This document shows, piece after piece, positions 14,076 through 27,700 of a stretch of 64,000 nucleotides of DNA. Both the position numbers and the translations under genes were made by a program. Source of the stretch: Acanthaster planci (Eukaryota); contig NW_019091357.1 in NCBI RefSeq assembly GCF_001949145.1, positions 3,558,228 through 3,622,227 of the forward strand, in the 5' to 3' direction. The notes beneath the pieces were generated by a model that did no database searches, had not been told where the DNA came from, and worked only from the letters and a program-made list of their open reading frames with translations. Position 1 is the stretch's first letter, and the number at the start of each line of letters is the position of its first letter.

Positions 14076-16399
14076 AAAACTAAATATTAAATGTGCAATG
14101 AATGGAAACTGAAGTACAGCATACCACGGTACTGTAGCTATACCCGACAACCAGTCCTTCGACTACTGGACCTTATAGCTTTGCGGGATCAGACTACTGG
14201 TCATCGTCACTGCTGCCAAGACTGTCCTCGGTTATATTTCTCAGTGACCGTATTACAGCAGTGATACAGGGTCAAAGATCAACACTTCAAGCAAAGCGTG
14301 TGGGAAAAGCTGGGTCATGGTACAAAGTTATGGGTAATCAAACTTCAGACAAATTAGGTGGGCTATCGATGCCATTTAGAGGGCGCAACTCTAAATTTTG
14401 TTTGGTTGCAGTAGAGTACTCGTAATTCTACCTCACTTTAATGGAACCGTTTGTATTTGTACGACTTGTCCTTAATTTATTTCGAATTCACTTCATTGGT
14501 GTAACGCACTTTTACCATAGTGCAGAAAAAGGGTCGTTCACCAACATTTCTTTGTAGTGACTTCAGTGACCTTTTGTGCACGAAAATTCCTGTATGTGAC
14601 TCATCCATTTTCTTCAACCCTATTCAATATTAACGGCATTATATCTTATCAAGGATTCATCAGAATCGGTGAGCTTCGCCCCATCACTTTCACGAATAAA
14701 CTTGATCGCTGTAAGAACATAGTCGCGACCATCCACCATCAGTGCAGCCGTGGTGCATACTAGGCAGTCCCATTCCGTACCGCCATTACGAACAATCTCT
14801 CTTGTCGTGAGTACAATGGGCTCGCGTTTGATTTGCTCGGTGAACCAACAAATCATCGGGAGCACAATAATTCCCGAGAGGGAGGCACAGGGATGCGTGC
14901 CACGGCATCTTCAACCTCTGCGGCCCCTTCTCCACCGTACGAATAAGCAAACACGCTCATGCCTTGCCTCGACTGGGCATCGGCCTTGGAGACCTGCAGA
15001 AACCCCCCGGACGATCAGAAGTATCGATCCTGTACGAAAGCGGTAAGGGATTATGCATGGGCATCTTTGATTAGTTTAGTTTAGTTAACCTGGGATTTTA
15101 TTCCCCAAAATTTTCTGACAGATAAGCGATCTCTTGATAACCACGCTGACTTAAAATCTTAGACCAAAAAGCAAGTGTCCTCGATAGGTCTCTCCCCTCA
15201 TCATCTATCACTCGCTCTCATGTGAATTCGGCATTATATTTCCTTTTTTTTTCATTTTTTCACAAAAAGGGCGTATTCATTCAGAAGGAAGTGTCCCTGT
15301 AATACCCCCACCGTGATGATGTCAGAGTAGGCTTGCTAACTGTAACTGTTGAAGATGATAGTTTATAGCAGAAACTTCTTACACACTCATGAGACACTTG
15401 ACCATAAATAGTACATTTGGGCCATTTCTACAAAGAGAAGTTATTTATGATCTATTTATGCCATTTCGTATGATTTGACATTTAGAGTGAAGGACATTTG
15501 ACATTTAAAGGAAACCAAACTGAAGAAAAACGGTTCAAATCTTGGGATGTTGAAAAGCATTACAGTATAGGGATTCGTTCACATCAGGTGAGGCCTTGAA
15601 CGAGGACAACCACCAGGTGGTGTCAGCATACGTGAAAAGTAGCACAGCGCCCACGTGAGTGCTGCTGTCGCTTTCGTTGCTTAATAACACTTTCATTTTA
15701 AGCTGACAAAATTTAAGGGGAAAAAAGCTAGTAGCAAAGAAGTAAGGTTTCTGTATACATATTGGATGGTAGGCTTCTTTTCTCAAGAAGTAATCCCAAA
15801 CGCCATTATTCAAATTTTTTCGTCCCATGGACTGGACAAAGCCTGGTAACCCAAACAAAAACCATTTCGATAACCTTTACTGTCGTTTACTTGTTACAGA
15901 TTACTGTATATTAATGTCTCTTCGAAAATAGAATGGAGAATGATTACAGGCCTCGCTGTTTGATTCACAGTTTTTCTAAAATTCTTTTGTACATTAATCA
16001 ATAACAAATTTTAGATACCCTTAAAATTAAGCATTGTCATTCAATCTAACATCTGTATTGGGATCGAACTGTCCAATTTGGCTTGGCTTGGCTTGTGCCA
16101 TCTAAACTAAACTACTATTTATGGTCATCACTTTCTGTGTGAAATTTGATACCATAAATAATTAACTTTCGAGTAATAATGGCCGTCTGTTTTGACGGTC
16201 TACAATCACAAGGCATGTTTCCATACACTGTCACATTTCAACGCACACAAACATTGGCGTTATTTTTATACCTCTTGTAGCTACTTTTATTCCACCATCC
16301 GTACCAATCTCCACAATCGGCTCTTTTCTGGTCAGGTTTTTGTGTATAATGTTACTCGGTTTATAGTGAAAACAGGAATGGAAAATTGGAAAAGAAAGA

Positions 16400-17040
16400 T
16401 CCCTTCTTTCGATTCTGGCTCGCTGGCGGCAGACCCTCTGGCACCTTACTTCCTTCCCAGCATAGTGCAAGGAACACTTAGCTATCTGCGGTAGATAGCC
16501 ATCAAGGAGCGAACGGCAGTAGAACATCGCTTGCTGCTGAGGGATACTGCTGCCCATTGCTTTGCGGTCGGTAGCCCACATGAGTTTCTCCGGCTGCACG
16601 AGCTGGGGTCATCCTCTCGTGTTTTTATATCCAGCGTCCTTGATCTGAGACCAGTTGGCTGTTTCGCCTCGCTCGGGTGAATTCGATAAGCAGGCTAGGA
16701 CCGGTGGGTCGATGGCGCGTCGTCGCATTATCGGCAGGTTGACGGACCGTGTGCGTTTCCGTAGCTAGACCCCGGTGTTACCTCTCCATTCGTCCCACGG
16801 CCCTTGGATCACTTGCGCATCGTGGACGGAAGGAAGCACCATTTCGAGAGATGTTTTGACAACTGGCCCCCCGATTTGATTACGCCCGCTCTCCTATACT
16901 GGTGAACTACCACTCCAGTCTAAAGTCCCCTACCCTGCAAGCCCGAGTGACCAGCTCTGAAGGAGTTGGTTACTGGGTTAGGGGTTTACAATTGGAAGGA
17001 TGACACCAGCCGATAGGGACACTCGGATACGGGGATGTCA
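16400..17040. mobile_element. GC-rich block, possibly a decayed non-LTR retrotransposon (RTE-like) 5' region
   Basis: Abrupt GC-rich island in AT-rich flanks with no ORF. Short motifs (TCTCCTATACTGG, ACCACTCCAGT, and minus-strand TGCCAGAGGGTC..GAGCCAGA) loosely recall RTE 5' UTRs. Orientation is unresolved. Confidence 0.2.
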
Positions 17041-20000
17041 ACAAAGCACCGGGAGAAGACTGTTGACACTCAGTTTCGAGTGGTATTAGGCCTACCAAGT
17101 GTACCTTTCAACTTGGCCCCCAAAGCAACCTTTTCGCCTGATAGCAGTGCCATGTTTTTTGATGAAACGAATCTCCTGGAGGGCAGGGGCAAGTCGATGG
17201 GTTCAAAAGCACAACAAAGGTAGTCACTTATATTTGCCATCAAAACGCAGGAACATAATGCGGTCAATGAGGTCAAAGAATCGGAAGTAATTCCTCACAA
17301 AAAGCATGCACGAAAACCACTTTTTTCCAGCATGTAGACGTTTTTATCAAAATCTCTGAATAGAAATCGAGCTGTTTTTCAGTCATTTCCGTCAGGTTCC
17401 GCATTTAATTATTTATATCAATTTCCTTAGAATAATTATATGTATTCCTTAATCAAAGAATGAGAACGAATTTGGAGGTTTTTTTACTGTCAGCACTGAG
17501 ACATGGGTGATAACACAGGTACTTTTTAAAGATAAATAACTTGAAGTCGTCTAGTTGTGGCAATGTGTACAAAATTAATTCCGCAATAACACACGTCGTA
17601 CGTCAATTTGTCACTCGTTGTTGCAAACGACCATCGCAACGTCAGCTTTTCCCGTCAAAGTTGATGCTTTGACATTTTTCCCTCGTTACGGCGATATTAA
17701 ACATGTGAATTGAACTGCAAGAGAAAGAAAATCCACTCAAGACGATCTGAATATCTACGGCCAAAAATAGACCTAAAAAACAAGAGTTGATTTCGTACCC
17801 GTGAGGCGATTTTCTGGCGAGAACCCGGGACGAAAAACGTGATCGGGACACCGACCGACGGCAGTTGCATGGATGAAAGAAAAAACGGTTTTCCGGGTCA
17901 CGGACGAGTGATTCCAACGATCGCTTTTCCATTACGTGCGGCCATGACCGGCGCAACGCGGCCAATCGCCAGCGGGTAATTCATTATGAATAAATTATGA
18001 TGTAATAATTAAGTCGCACAGGTGCTCCATTTAAACTATAAAAAAGAGATTTCAGCTTTTTTTAAAATCTTCTGCCCTTACGGATAAAATGTTTACAAAG
18101 GTAGATGCACTGGGGATGTGATTCGCACTGGAAATGAAGAATATTTTATTGAATTCTTGAATTATTGATTGAGGGGCCGACCACCTCCCGTGTACTTAAA
18201 AAGTTCTTTTAGATTGATAGCACTTATCCAAAATGAACTCGTGGGAAATTGTGTAACACATACTTCATGAACGTATGACAGAAATAGAACATGCTTCTTT
18301 AAAAAACCAGCAACCTCCGAAAAATACACTGGGGAAAATCAGTGGTTATTGAAACGAATCAAAGAACTTAGAACAAATTAGCAAAGGCCTTGTGTAAAAA
18401 TAAGAATTACGATTACTGCGCATGCTCCACTGTAAGAGATAGTCAGCTGAATATATTTTTAAAAGACAGGGAGTCTTTCTCACTGTATGAACATTAAAAT
18501 CAAATTAGAAGTGGACCCCTCACCTCAGCCCCACCTTACTATGAAAAGCTAAAATGGTGATTTGTTTCTCAGCACTAGAGGATGATGAATTTCAGAAAGA
18601 TCGGTAAATATTAATTAGTAATCTTCACTTATCAAATAAATGAAATATTGTCATAGAGAGATCAGAAATCGGACGCACTCAAATGAACGGGGGAATTTAG
18701 CTGCTGTGACACTACAATGTTTATTTGGCCAAATATCCCACCGAACGTCAGTAGCATGATTTCTTTACCAAAAATGTGGGGAGTAATGTGAAAAAAGAAA
18801 GAAGAAGAAGAAAAAAAGGAATCTACATGACCCGGGGAGGCGTCCGTTGTCCCCGCGCTGTTAATTTAATACAGGAAACCGTGCTTGGCGCCCCGTGCTC
18901 TGATTGGACGGTTGCGAATCCATTATGACCGTCTGAGCATTTTTATAACACAGCAGTAGTCCACGCCGACTCTTCGTGATGACCGCGCTGCTTGGGGTCA
19001 AGAGATGGGAGACGAACAACCTGCAGGTAGGCATCAAAATCAAGATGGGGGCGGGGAACGCACGGTTGTTGAAAAATAAACAGGATAAAGCGTTTTCGAA
19101 GGTTAAAATTAATCTGGAAATTGAGTATCCATGTCTAATACATTTGACTGTAAAAACTGATTTCCGACAACTTTCCTATTTTTGTTAAACTGACTGATGA
19201 AAAATCTTTAATGCCAAGCTCCAAACGTAACATTTTGAATTTAACTGCCACCAAGTGAATCTGATCTGTCTTGCTCTGCTCTAGTCCTTACTTGTCCATG
19301 GAAAAATCTAGGGTGTGAGTGTGTTGTCCACAGCACACTTGACTAGATATTAACTTGCAAATAATAGAAGGAACCTTCACGTATCAGAAATAAGTCCACA
19401 TCATCATAAAGCCGCCGCCATTGTGTATAGTTTGCCTAAACGCTGATCAAGACATCGCAATTAGTAACTCGCTTAGTCGTGTTCACCCTAATTTCATTGC
19501 GATGACGGCCAAAGGAAACAATAGAAGTGAGTCATTCAAACAATGTCAACATGGCAGCCGTGGATGGAGGCGCAAATTCCTTCCGACTTTTGTATTATTT
19601 AATACTTTTATTCATATATTTTTGATATCATCATTTCTAATGTGTAGAAAGGAGTCCATTTTTGGAAGGATCTAAAACTTACTTTATCTTTGTCATAAAG
19701 AATGAGAACAAAAGCAAACAGGTACAGACAAAAGCGAGATTTTGTTTTTGTGGAGGCAGGGTCGATCCTCCTCCATTCGCCTCCATAAAACCGCTCCCGG
19801 GAAGGAAAAAACCCAGGGCATTCAGCGGAATCTGTAGACACCCTCCAGACGAGCTCACGTTTATATTGACTTTGGTCAACCGGCCACTTAGTGTAATCCA
19901 CGGTGTCAACTTTGACACCATATTGCCTTTCCAATCACGGCTGCAACCAAGGAGCTGCTACACGCTGGACCTGCCAATACAAGTTGCAGAATCTAACACA

Positions 20001-21641
20001 GAAAGGTCCAATTCAGTTCACCTGTGAACGTAGGGACGCACTTCATTACTGACGTTTCGAAAATGTCCACCACACCCCAACTAATTGGCCGAATAGGCCA
20101 AACTACTCAAACTCTCCATTTATGGGTGTCAGCTCAGGTCACTCGAATTAGGTTTGAAGTCGTAATTGGTGAAATTAAATTTCAGCATATTTAGTGCAAT
20201 ACATATGAGAGTCCTTCCATTTACTCTAAAAAACTATTGGGCATTCTGGTGGTTTATTAAATGTAAATAAGGGAATAATAAAAAGCCATGAATCAATAAA
20301 CAGGCGTATTGTTCAAACCCACCACAGTCATGCTTGCCAAATTGCCACATTAGTGGTTGATTTCAAGAAACCAAAATCATAGAATACTAATATGAGGTTA
20401 GCCTTGCCACTTAATGGTTTTGATACTACATTAACTCTAACTCTCTAGAGTTTGTGCAAAATTAACGTGAAGCACAACTTGGAATATTGCCAAGGTTAAA
20501 TTTAGACAGTGAATGTGTATCGTGAGCGAAATCACTGCAAGGTCTCCTGGGGCGCCGCTTAAACTCATCCGAATTTAATGTACACAAAAGAGGCAAATTT
20601 CCGACAAGATGAATAAACAAAACGTAAACAGACACTGACGTGCGACGAACAAAAAATTAGACGCGATTTGAGTCATTCCATATTTTTAAGATCAAATTAA
20701 TTTTTATGGTTATGGTCCTAGAGCAAGTATGCTCAACTTGCAACAATTTAAGATGGAAAGTATACAAAATAAACCTTGACATTGCACACTTAGACATCGT
20801 ATTTTGCGACCAATAATTTTTAACCTATTTTGTGTGTGCTTGTTAATTTACAACGTAATGTGCAGGCTTTATTTTCGTTTTGGTGATTATAATCAAAGGT
20901 ATTTTTTCGAGAAGATCCTTATCAATCGATCAGAAAACAGCAGAGGGCGATGTTCATAGTAATTAACGGCAGAATGGCTGACACCTTCCGGAAGCAACTC
21001 ACCTCCATCCATCTGTAACTGGCTTAAGCCACCACGTGTATGTCTAAAGACCAGCGCCATTCTGTACTTAATATCATAGTACTTGTCCCCGAAGATGTTT
21101 TCAATTATGGAAATACGCTACAGATTTCTTATTGAATTCCTGAAGGAGCTCGAGACAACATGAACGATTCTTCAATCGCAAAATAATGAAAGAAGGGATG
21201 TTGTTTGTGATGTGCATTATATCTGTGCTGCTACGCTTTCATCTCTCAGTACACTTTAATTTCCCGTGTATTGTTGCCTCGGGCCTTTCAATTTCGAAAC
21301 GACAAGTGGCACGGCGACATAGAGAAGACGATGGAAGGGTGGGGACAAGCGCTGCCAAGATGGTGGCAGCTGTGCGATTGAAACCCGTTTTCTGTGCTCC
21401 TTTATAGCCTCCCGTCTCCCTCAATTGTGGCAGCTGATAACACACAGCGGTTTTAAGTTCATGGCGATTCCCCCATCGCTTCTCGACCGGCCTCTCTGCT
21501 ATTGCTTGCCGCGTTGCCCGCACTTCATCGGCGATGTCCTTGTTGTGGAGAGGACCATAATTATAATATCGCACGACTGAGAATCTTAATTATTTCTTCT
21601 GTTGCCCCTCCAAGCATCATGCATGCAGCAGGCATGGACAG

Positions 21642-21660
21642 AAAAAAAAAAAAAAAAAAA
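21642..21660. repeat. Poly(A) tract
   Basis: 19 consecutive A. Confidence 0.9.
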
Positions 21661-21738
21661 CCTCGTCCATCCATCTATGCTATCGCACCTGATCACTACT
21701 GGCCAACTGGGAATCTAATTTGCTGTGCAACGGCGGTA

Positions 21739-21750
21739 AGCGCATGCGCT
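21739..21750. promoter_or_regulatory. NRF1/P3A2-type palindrome within a CpG-rich block
   Basis: AGCGCATGCGCT, within the CpG-rich stretch of about 21300-22100. Confidence 0.4.
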
Positions 21751-24700
21751 ACCTTTTGCATATTCATTACTGTGAGTGTAATACATGCGGCATTCAGCTT
21801 GCATATGCGCAGGGTGAGGGAATAAAAAAGAGCGTACGGCCCCGTCCCGTCGGTGGGCCGTTTGTACTCCGTGATCGTGTGCACCTCTCCTGCTCCGTGG
21901 TCAGTTGTTGGGTTGCGTCCAGATATTCTCCAGCACGTCGAGCGGCTGCCCGGAAAGGACGACGAGGTTCTCGATAAGGCTGATAGCGATGAGACTTTGC
22001 AGGGCTGGCGAGTCTCGGCCACAATGTGCGCCGCGACCGCTAGGAAGCGAGCATCTTCTCTCGCATCCCGTCAGAGACACAAGAATTTTTAAAGCCCCTT
22101 TGCCGGCATGGCCAGAATGGAAGATGAGGGATGAACACCGTCAGAGTTACCCGCCTGGTGACACTTTTCACTGTAAGGAACGGCGGCACCTCCAGTCCAG
22201 GGTGTGGTATAAAGACATCTGCTTCCTACATCACCATGTGGATGTCATTTTGGTGAGCCTTTATGATTCTTTTGTTGTGCGTCTTCCTTTCACACACCCC
22301 CCATTCGCTCAATTCTCCCAGTGTACGCGTCTTACTGCATCATTCCTTATGCCAATTCTCTGTTCTCATTTAGCCTGAGTATTTCAAAGTCCGTGATTCA
22401 TCCAAGGCCGAGTAAATTATGAACAATGCACGCGCACAATCCTCCCCGTCCACTGCTCTGCTGCTCATTAAATTCTCCGTAATTAGCGGCAACGGAAGCA
22501 CTCTCTTTCCTCGCAGTGATTTTGCCACACAAAATAGAAACGGCTCTTAGACGGTTTGGGCGTAGGGTATAGGTTTTTAACACGAAGCACTACACTAACG
22601 GCAAGACCTTAATGGGGCAAATGTATAATACACGTACTAAAGTTAGCTTTGTTTCATCTAGGCTGAATTGAAAGCTATCCCATGCACCACATGTGCTAAA
22701 AAAAGAAACGCATATAGCGGATCGACGCTGAAAGCTGTCAAAAACGACGTGGACCTTATTTTTTTATAATTTTGCAATACACACGCGTACTAGTCGGCAT
22801 TCTCTATATGTCAAGGCTGGATAGCTGTTTCAATTTACAATGGCAGCAGTTTCCGAACCCCAACTTGTTCCACTCGACCGTTTCATTGTTTTCACACATT
22901 TTTTAGAGCGCGTACCACAACCGTGCTTCTTTTTTATATTATTTCTATTATCATTATTAATATCCAGCGATGCATGTTCGACCCCCGGCTTAGAGAAGAA
23001 TTAAATTCGCACGCGTGGTATTCCTTTGTCGTTGTCTTGGCACGTGCCCCAGTCCCAGCGACAGACGGACGGTTCATTGTGGTCGCTAGGCGCGGCATCC
23101 ATGTACTGAGCGCATGTGCTCGGTATGTTTTCTCAGGCCGTCGAAATGAGCTAATCTGCTGGGAAATATATAGAGAACCTCACCATCTTTGTGATTAAGT
23201 GCTCTAATTTTCGAAAGAGTTATTATTCTGCACACAAACAAAATAATCGAAGGAGAAAGTGTTTTCCAAACTGGGCTACAGAAACCACAGAACTAACGGA
23301 TTTGTCGATGAAATCTGAACTCCTTTTGTTCCAATTTGAAATATGAAAAACGAGTACAATAAGTCACTCAGCTTTTGAACATCAGGAGCAGCTGCAGTGC
23401 GTTCTGTCCTCGCCGTCTTGCGGCTTAAATTTAGGGCTTCGCCCCCCCCCCCCGTCGTCGAATTCCCTGCCGTTGGACGGAGTGGCACCTGCTCCTCCTG
23501 GCACACAGGACTCGGCACGGGCAAATTCGGCACAGATTGAAGCGGTGGATACCCGCGGCTGCCCGCCAAAGCTTTGCGCGTTTTACGGGAGCTACAGGGT
23601 ACGCACATTAAATACCCGATACACGAGTGTTTTCACAGCCGCGGGGATACGTCAAGCGTTGCGTCACTCACTAATTTGAATAATGCAATCCTTTCCAGGA
23701 CTATCAGGCTTTAAATAGATTTTCTGGGAAGTTAGAATCGCTAAAGCTTGGCTTATTAACAACGAGTACTACAGCCAATAATGTCGTAGGCAATTATGAC
23801 AATTTTCAGTGCTTCTATGCTTTGTTTGCCTTTGATTGTCGCTTACAGACTGCGTGGTTCCGTTGCCCACGCTATCCCATACATAATGGAAGATCATATA
23901 TTATAAACAGAGTAAGAGTGGTCGCGCGGAACTGTCGTTAGTCGAACGAGTCACGGCTATTGCATTAACAGATGGGGTCCCAAGCTCATATAACACATGC
24001 AACGAAATTACAGCCGTGCAGGGCCCAGTCGAATATTTAATCATACATAATATTTACTTTTGGCATGTAACCTTTATTCTGTAGCCAAGACATGCTTCCG
24101 ATCAGTAATCTGTTATCTGATACATAACATTTCGATACCGAACATTCGCTTTTATCTCCTGAAGAACAAATGGAACTTGAATTTTTTCAAAATAAAAAGA
24201 TGGTGGAAAGACTTCCAAAGCTGTTATTACCTTAGTCTGTTACCTTCTCATAAATTTGCTAAAATCGTTCGTGTCAACCAATTTCTTAGCTACTTGGCAC
24301 AAAATGGTGGTTTTTCTGACTACTTGCAACGTTATTTGGCTTTCCAGGGTTGTCAGACGCCAAAGTCCACGCTCAAAAGCAAACAGTGCTCGATTAGTTG
24401 ACTCACGCGATAATTTATCCGCAAATACTCGGTATCGAAGGGCTCTGGCTCGCCAAAGACACGCTTACGTCACTGGCTCAACAGACCCAACACCAAGAGA
24501 CAGACGTTGTCGTAACAAACACACACCGATAGCCACGTTTGCTGGTTGCCTGTCCTTACCCTGATTCACCCCCAAGTTGCTGAGACACGACATACAGTTC
24601 TCTGATTTCAAGTATCGTTCAGAGTTTTACATCATACACCAAACGGTAGTCCATTTTACCTCCACTTTGAAAACAAGCCAGAGTGAGATCGTTGATAAAA

Positions 24701-27700
24701 TAAAGAAATAACTTACATGAATGAATCTACTCTGTCTTTGTGTACTGGAGCAGTTTCCACTCAAGTCTGTGGTTGGAAAACCATTGCTTTTTTGATTGAA
24801 GCTTAATCGATCTTTGACAATAAAACCCCAGATTATCTGGCCTTCTTTTGTTTACTTCATTCCATCGTGGCATGTCGCACTAACTTTGGATACTAGCATA
24901 TTTCGAATACACGTGTTCTGTTCCTCAGGACAATTCCACTTAGGCTCTTAGTATCACATTGGATTAAATGAATAACCCTGAGGACGAAGACATTCAGGAC
25001 AATACCGACGCACGTCATGCCTTTAAAAGTAGCCTTGGTGCGGACTCGACAGCAAATCAGATGTGGGAAAAAAACCGCATTGTCTTCCTGACAACTAAGT
25101 TCGAAAAGAAGGAAAAAATACAAATTTTCATCATCCTAAAAATGCACGTCCCAACAACAAAAGGCCTGGATGGAATCCGACACGAAGCGCTAGGGCCGTT
25201 CAGCAGAATTGTATTTAATTTTCGATGATGTTGCCCGGAGCCGCCGTAGAGAGGAGACAAAAGAATGGGACAGGGCAAGTGCCGAGGCGAGCCAGCGAGA
25301 GAGCGGGGAAGCGCGAGCAAGCAGCAGGCCCCGACCACGTCTAGGACGCATTTCGCTAGGGCTGTGATTTACTAGATTGCCTGGCCGGATGCGGGCAATC
25401 TCATAGAGCGCTAGCCCGCGTATCAGTCATAGGTTCCCTCCGCAACTCGGGCATGTTAGGCCGTGTGTGTGCTTACAGGAGGTTCCCTTGCCCTTTACAA
25501 AAAAGGCTTGCCGAATTATGGGGTAATCCGATACAAGGGAGTAGCACTGTGCAAGTCTTATAAAGCCTCAGACGTTTAGATCGAGAACAAGTAACCAACA
25601 CCAAGCCCCGATGCAGAGGAGAGTGCATATTCATTAGAGAAATCCCTTAAGGAGGGCCCGATGCATGGTCCGAAATGAAACCACAGCGTGAACCCACTTC
25701 GCGGACTCGTGGGCTCCAAGGAAAAGTAGGGCCTATCTCATCCCACGCTGAAGAAATTTAATCATTCATTTTGAAGTGTACCTCTACTGTTGTCAGCGTA
25801 ACGGTAATTAAAAACCCCAAAACTGTTGGGTAAATAAAACAATATTAACAGTAACAAAATCAACACATTTTTGAAATCAAATGCTCAAAACAGGAAACAA
25901 ATCTGTCAGTAAATTCTTTACTCTTATCAAAGCATAGGTTTACTCGGCCAATTTCGGAAAATGTCTTTCCCTGTGTCCCTTCGGAAGTATTCATTTTCAT
26001 TTGCTGTAATTTAAAATCGCAAAATATACGTTCAATTTGTTTATAATATACAAGGTTACACAAATCATAACACCACTTAGATAATAAAATGTCATGTTAC
26101 TGATTTATAGAGTGTTTGTTATCAAACTGTAAAAAATTAAGGCTTCTATGATTGAAACGCAGCGCAAGAAAGAAGGTTCCCTCAGTGCCGGTGTTTAAAG
26201 GTTTCCTGCAATGATCGGCAATTTCCCAAGACAGCACGAATGCTTTAATTCAATTATGAATATTCAAACATTTAATCAATCAACTAAACACTTCTAAGTA
26301 TGTAACTTCTGTTAGTACACAAACAAATTCTAATTCTTGACAAGGCACACCTTAAATAACACACAGGCAAAGACGCCTGCACATTTTGCGAAATAGATTG
26401 AGTTCAAATTAAGATGACTGCAGGATTGCAGAGATGCATTCGATTTCTCGCAAAAATAGATGTCGATATACTCCAGTGCAATATCAGGAAAATGAACGCT
26501 GACCCTATACGACTTAATGCACCCTCCTTGAAACAGAATTTGTATTTGTTAAATAGAAATGGGGATTTGAATGTTCGTTCTATTTTGCTCGAAAGGAATG
26601 CTGCTGTTACTAATTCTTTTATACATTTTCCGAATTTAGCTAAGCCTATATTAGCTCACGTAGTCACCCGTTGGCAAATCTACTTTCTTTTTTCGTGAAA
26701 AGTGACCCCCAATGACTGTTTTCGGTTATCCTGTTTGACGCCTCTTTTCAAAAGGGAAAGGTTTATCTTAAAGTGTTTTGACAATAAACCAGTGGCTTTA
26801 AATCAAGCGGTGGCTAAGGGTTACCATTGCTTGCTTTCTCGCCTGGCTGCCCCCGGTCTGTCAGCTAATTTCCGCTCCATCGGACAATATTTTTTGTGCA
26901 ATAATTGGTAATACAAAAATCCACACAAAATATGTCAAAAAGCAATCCAAAGCCTCGTCCTCATGAATCCTCAGCGTTTTAGAATTATGTAGTCGTTAGG
27001 TCAGCTCAATATTTAACGACGATTTTACTTCCTATGAATAAGAATATTTCCAAATTTAATACAAGGCTCATTTTGCATTGTTTCTGATGTCACATGACGC
27101 CATTTATCGCGATACCACCTGGTATAAAATGCAAGGTACGGATTTTTCGGATATATCGTACGAGGTCGACCCTCACGCATCTCATTTTAAGTAATCAAGC
27201 AGAATGCACAGAGAAGTGACACATTCAGCCAAATCTGCCAACTTGTTTCACCACAATCGCATCCCCGTAGTGCCGACATAAAATGATTAAAGACAGAATG
27301 GAACAGCAGGACGCGAAAGCGCACGAACTCACCCAGCCGGAGCTTACAACGAAAGACGCACAGTCTGAGCTAATTTCACACTGGAGGGCTTATTATTTAG
27401 GGTCTTCAGTTAAATTATTTGGACAGCACAAAACACCATATGGTCATTTGAATTGAGTGTGGGTGCGATGTCGCGAAATATTGTATTTTCAACGTGTAAA
27501 GCGAGTTCATTGTTCTGGGCAATCTTTGGAGTTTTCTTTTTTATGGAACTCATGCAGTGTCATTTGTTTCTAGTCCTTCTGGCCTGATATACGCAATTAT
27601 AAGAAAGAACTATTCTTTAAAAAGATATTTCTTTTATTCACAATTCTATTCAAAAATCAGGAATGAGGTAGGCCTAGAAGTGACTTTTTGAAACAGGTTC

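Noticed and set aside
23581..23601. miR-10-like TACCCTGTAG on the minus strand
   Set aside because: Only 10 nt match, the 3' half diverges, and there is no complementary arm or Hox homeobox nearby.
25355..25415. Hairpin GCTAGGGC..AGATTGCCTG/CGGGCAATCT..GCGCTAGC as a novel miRNA
   Set aside because: The 10-bp upper stem is interrupted by a roughly 7-nt asymmetric bulge, which does not fit Drosha/Dicer geometry.
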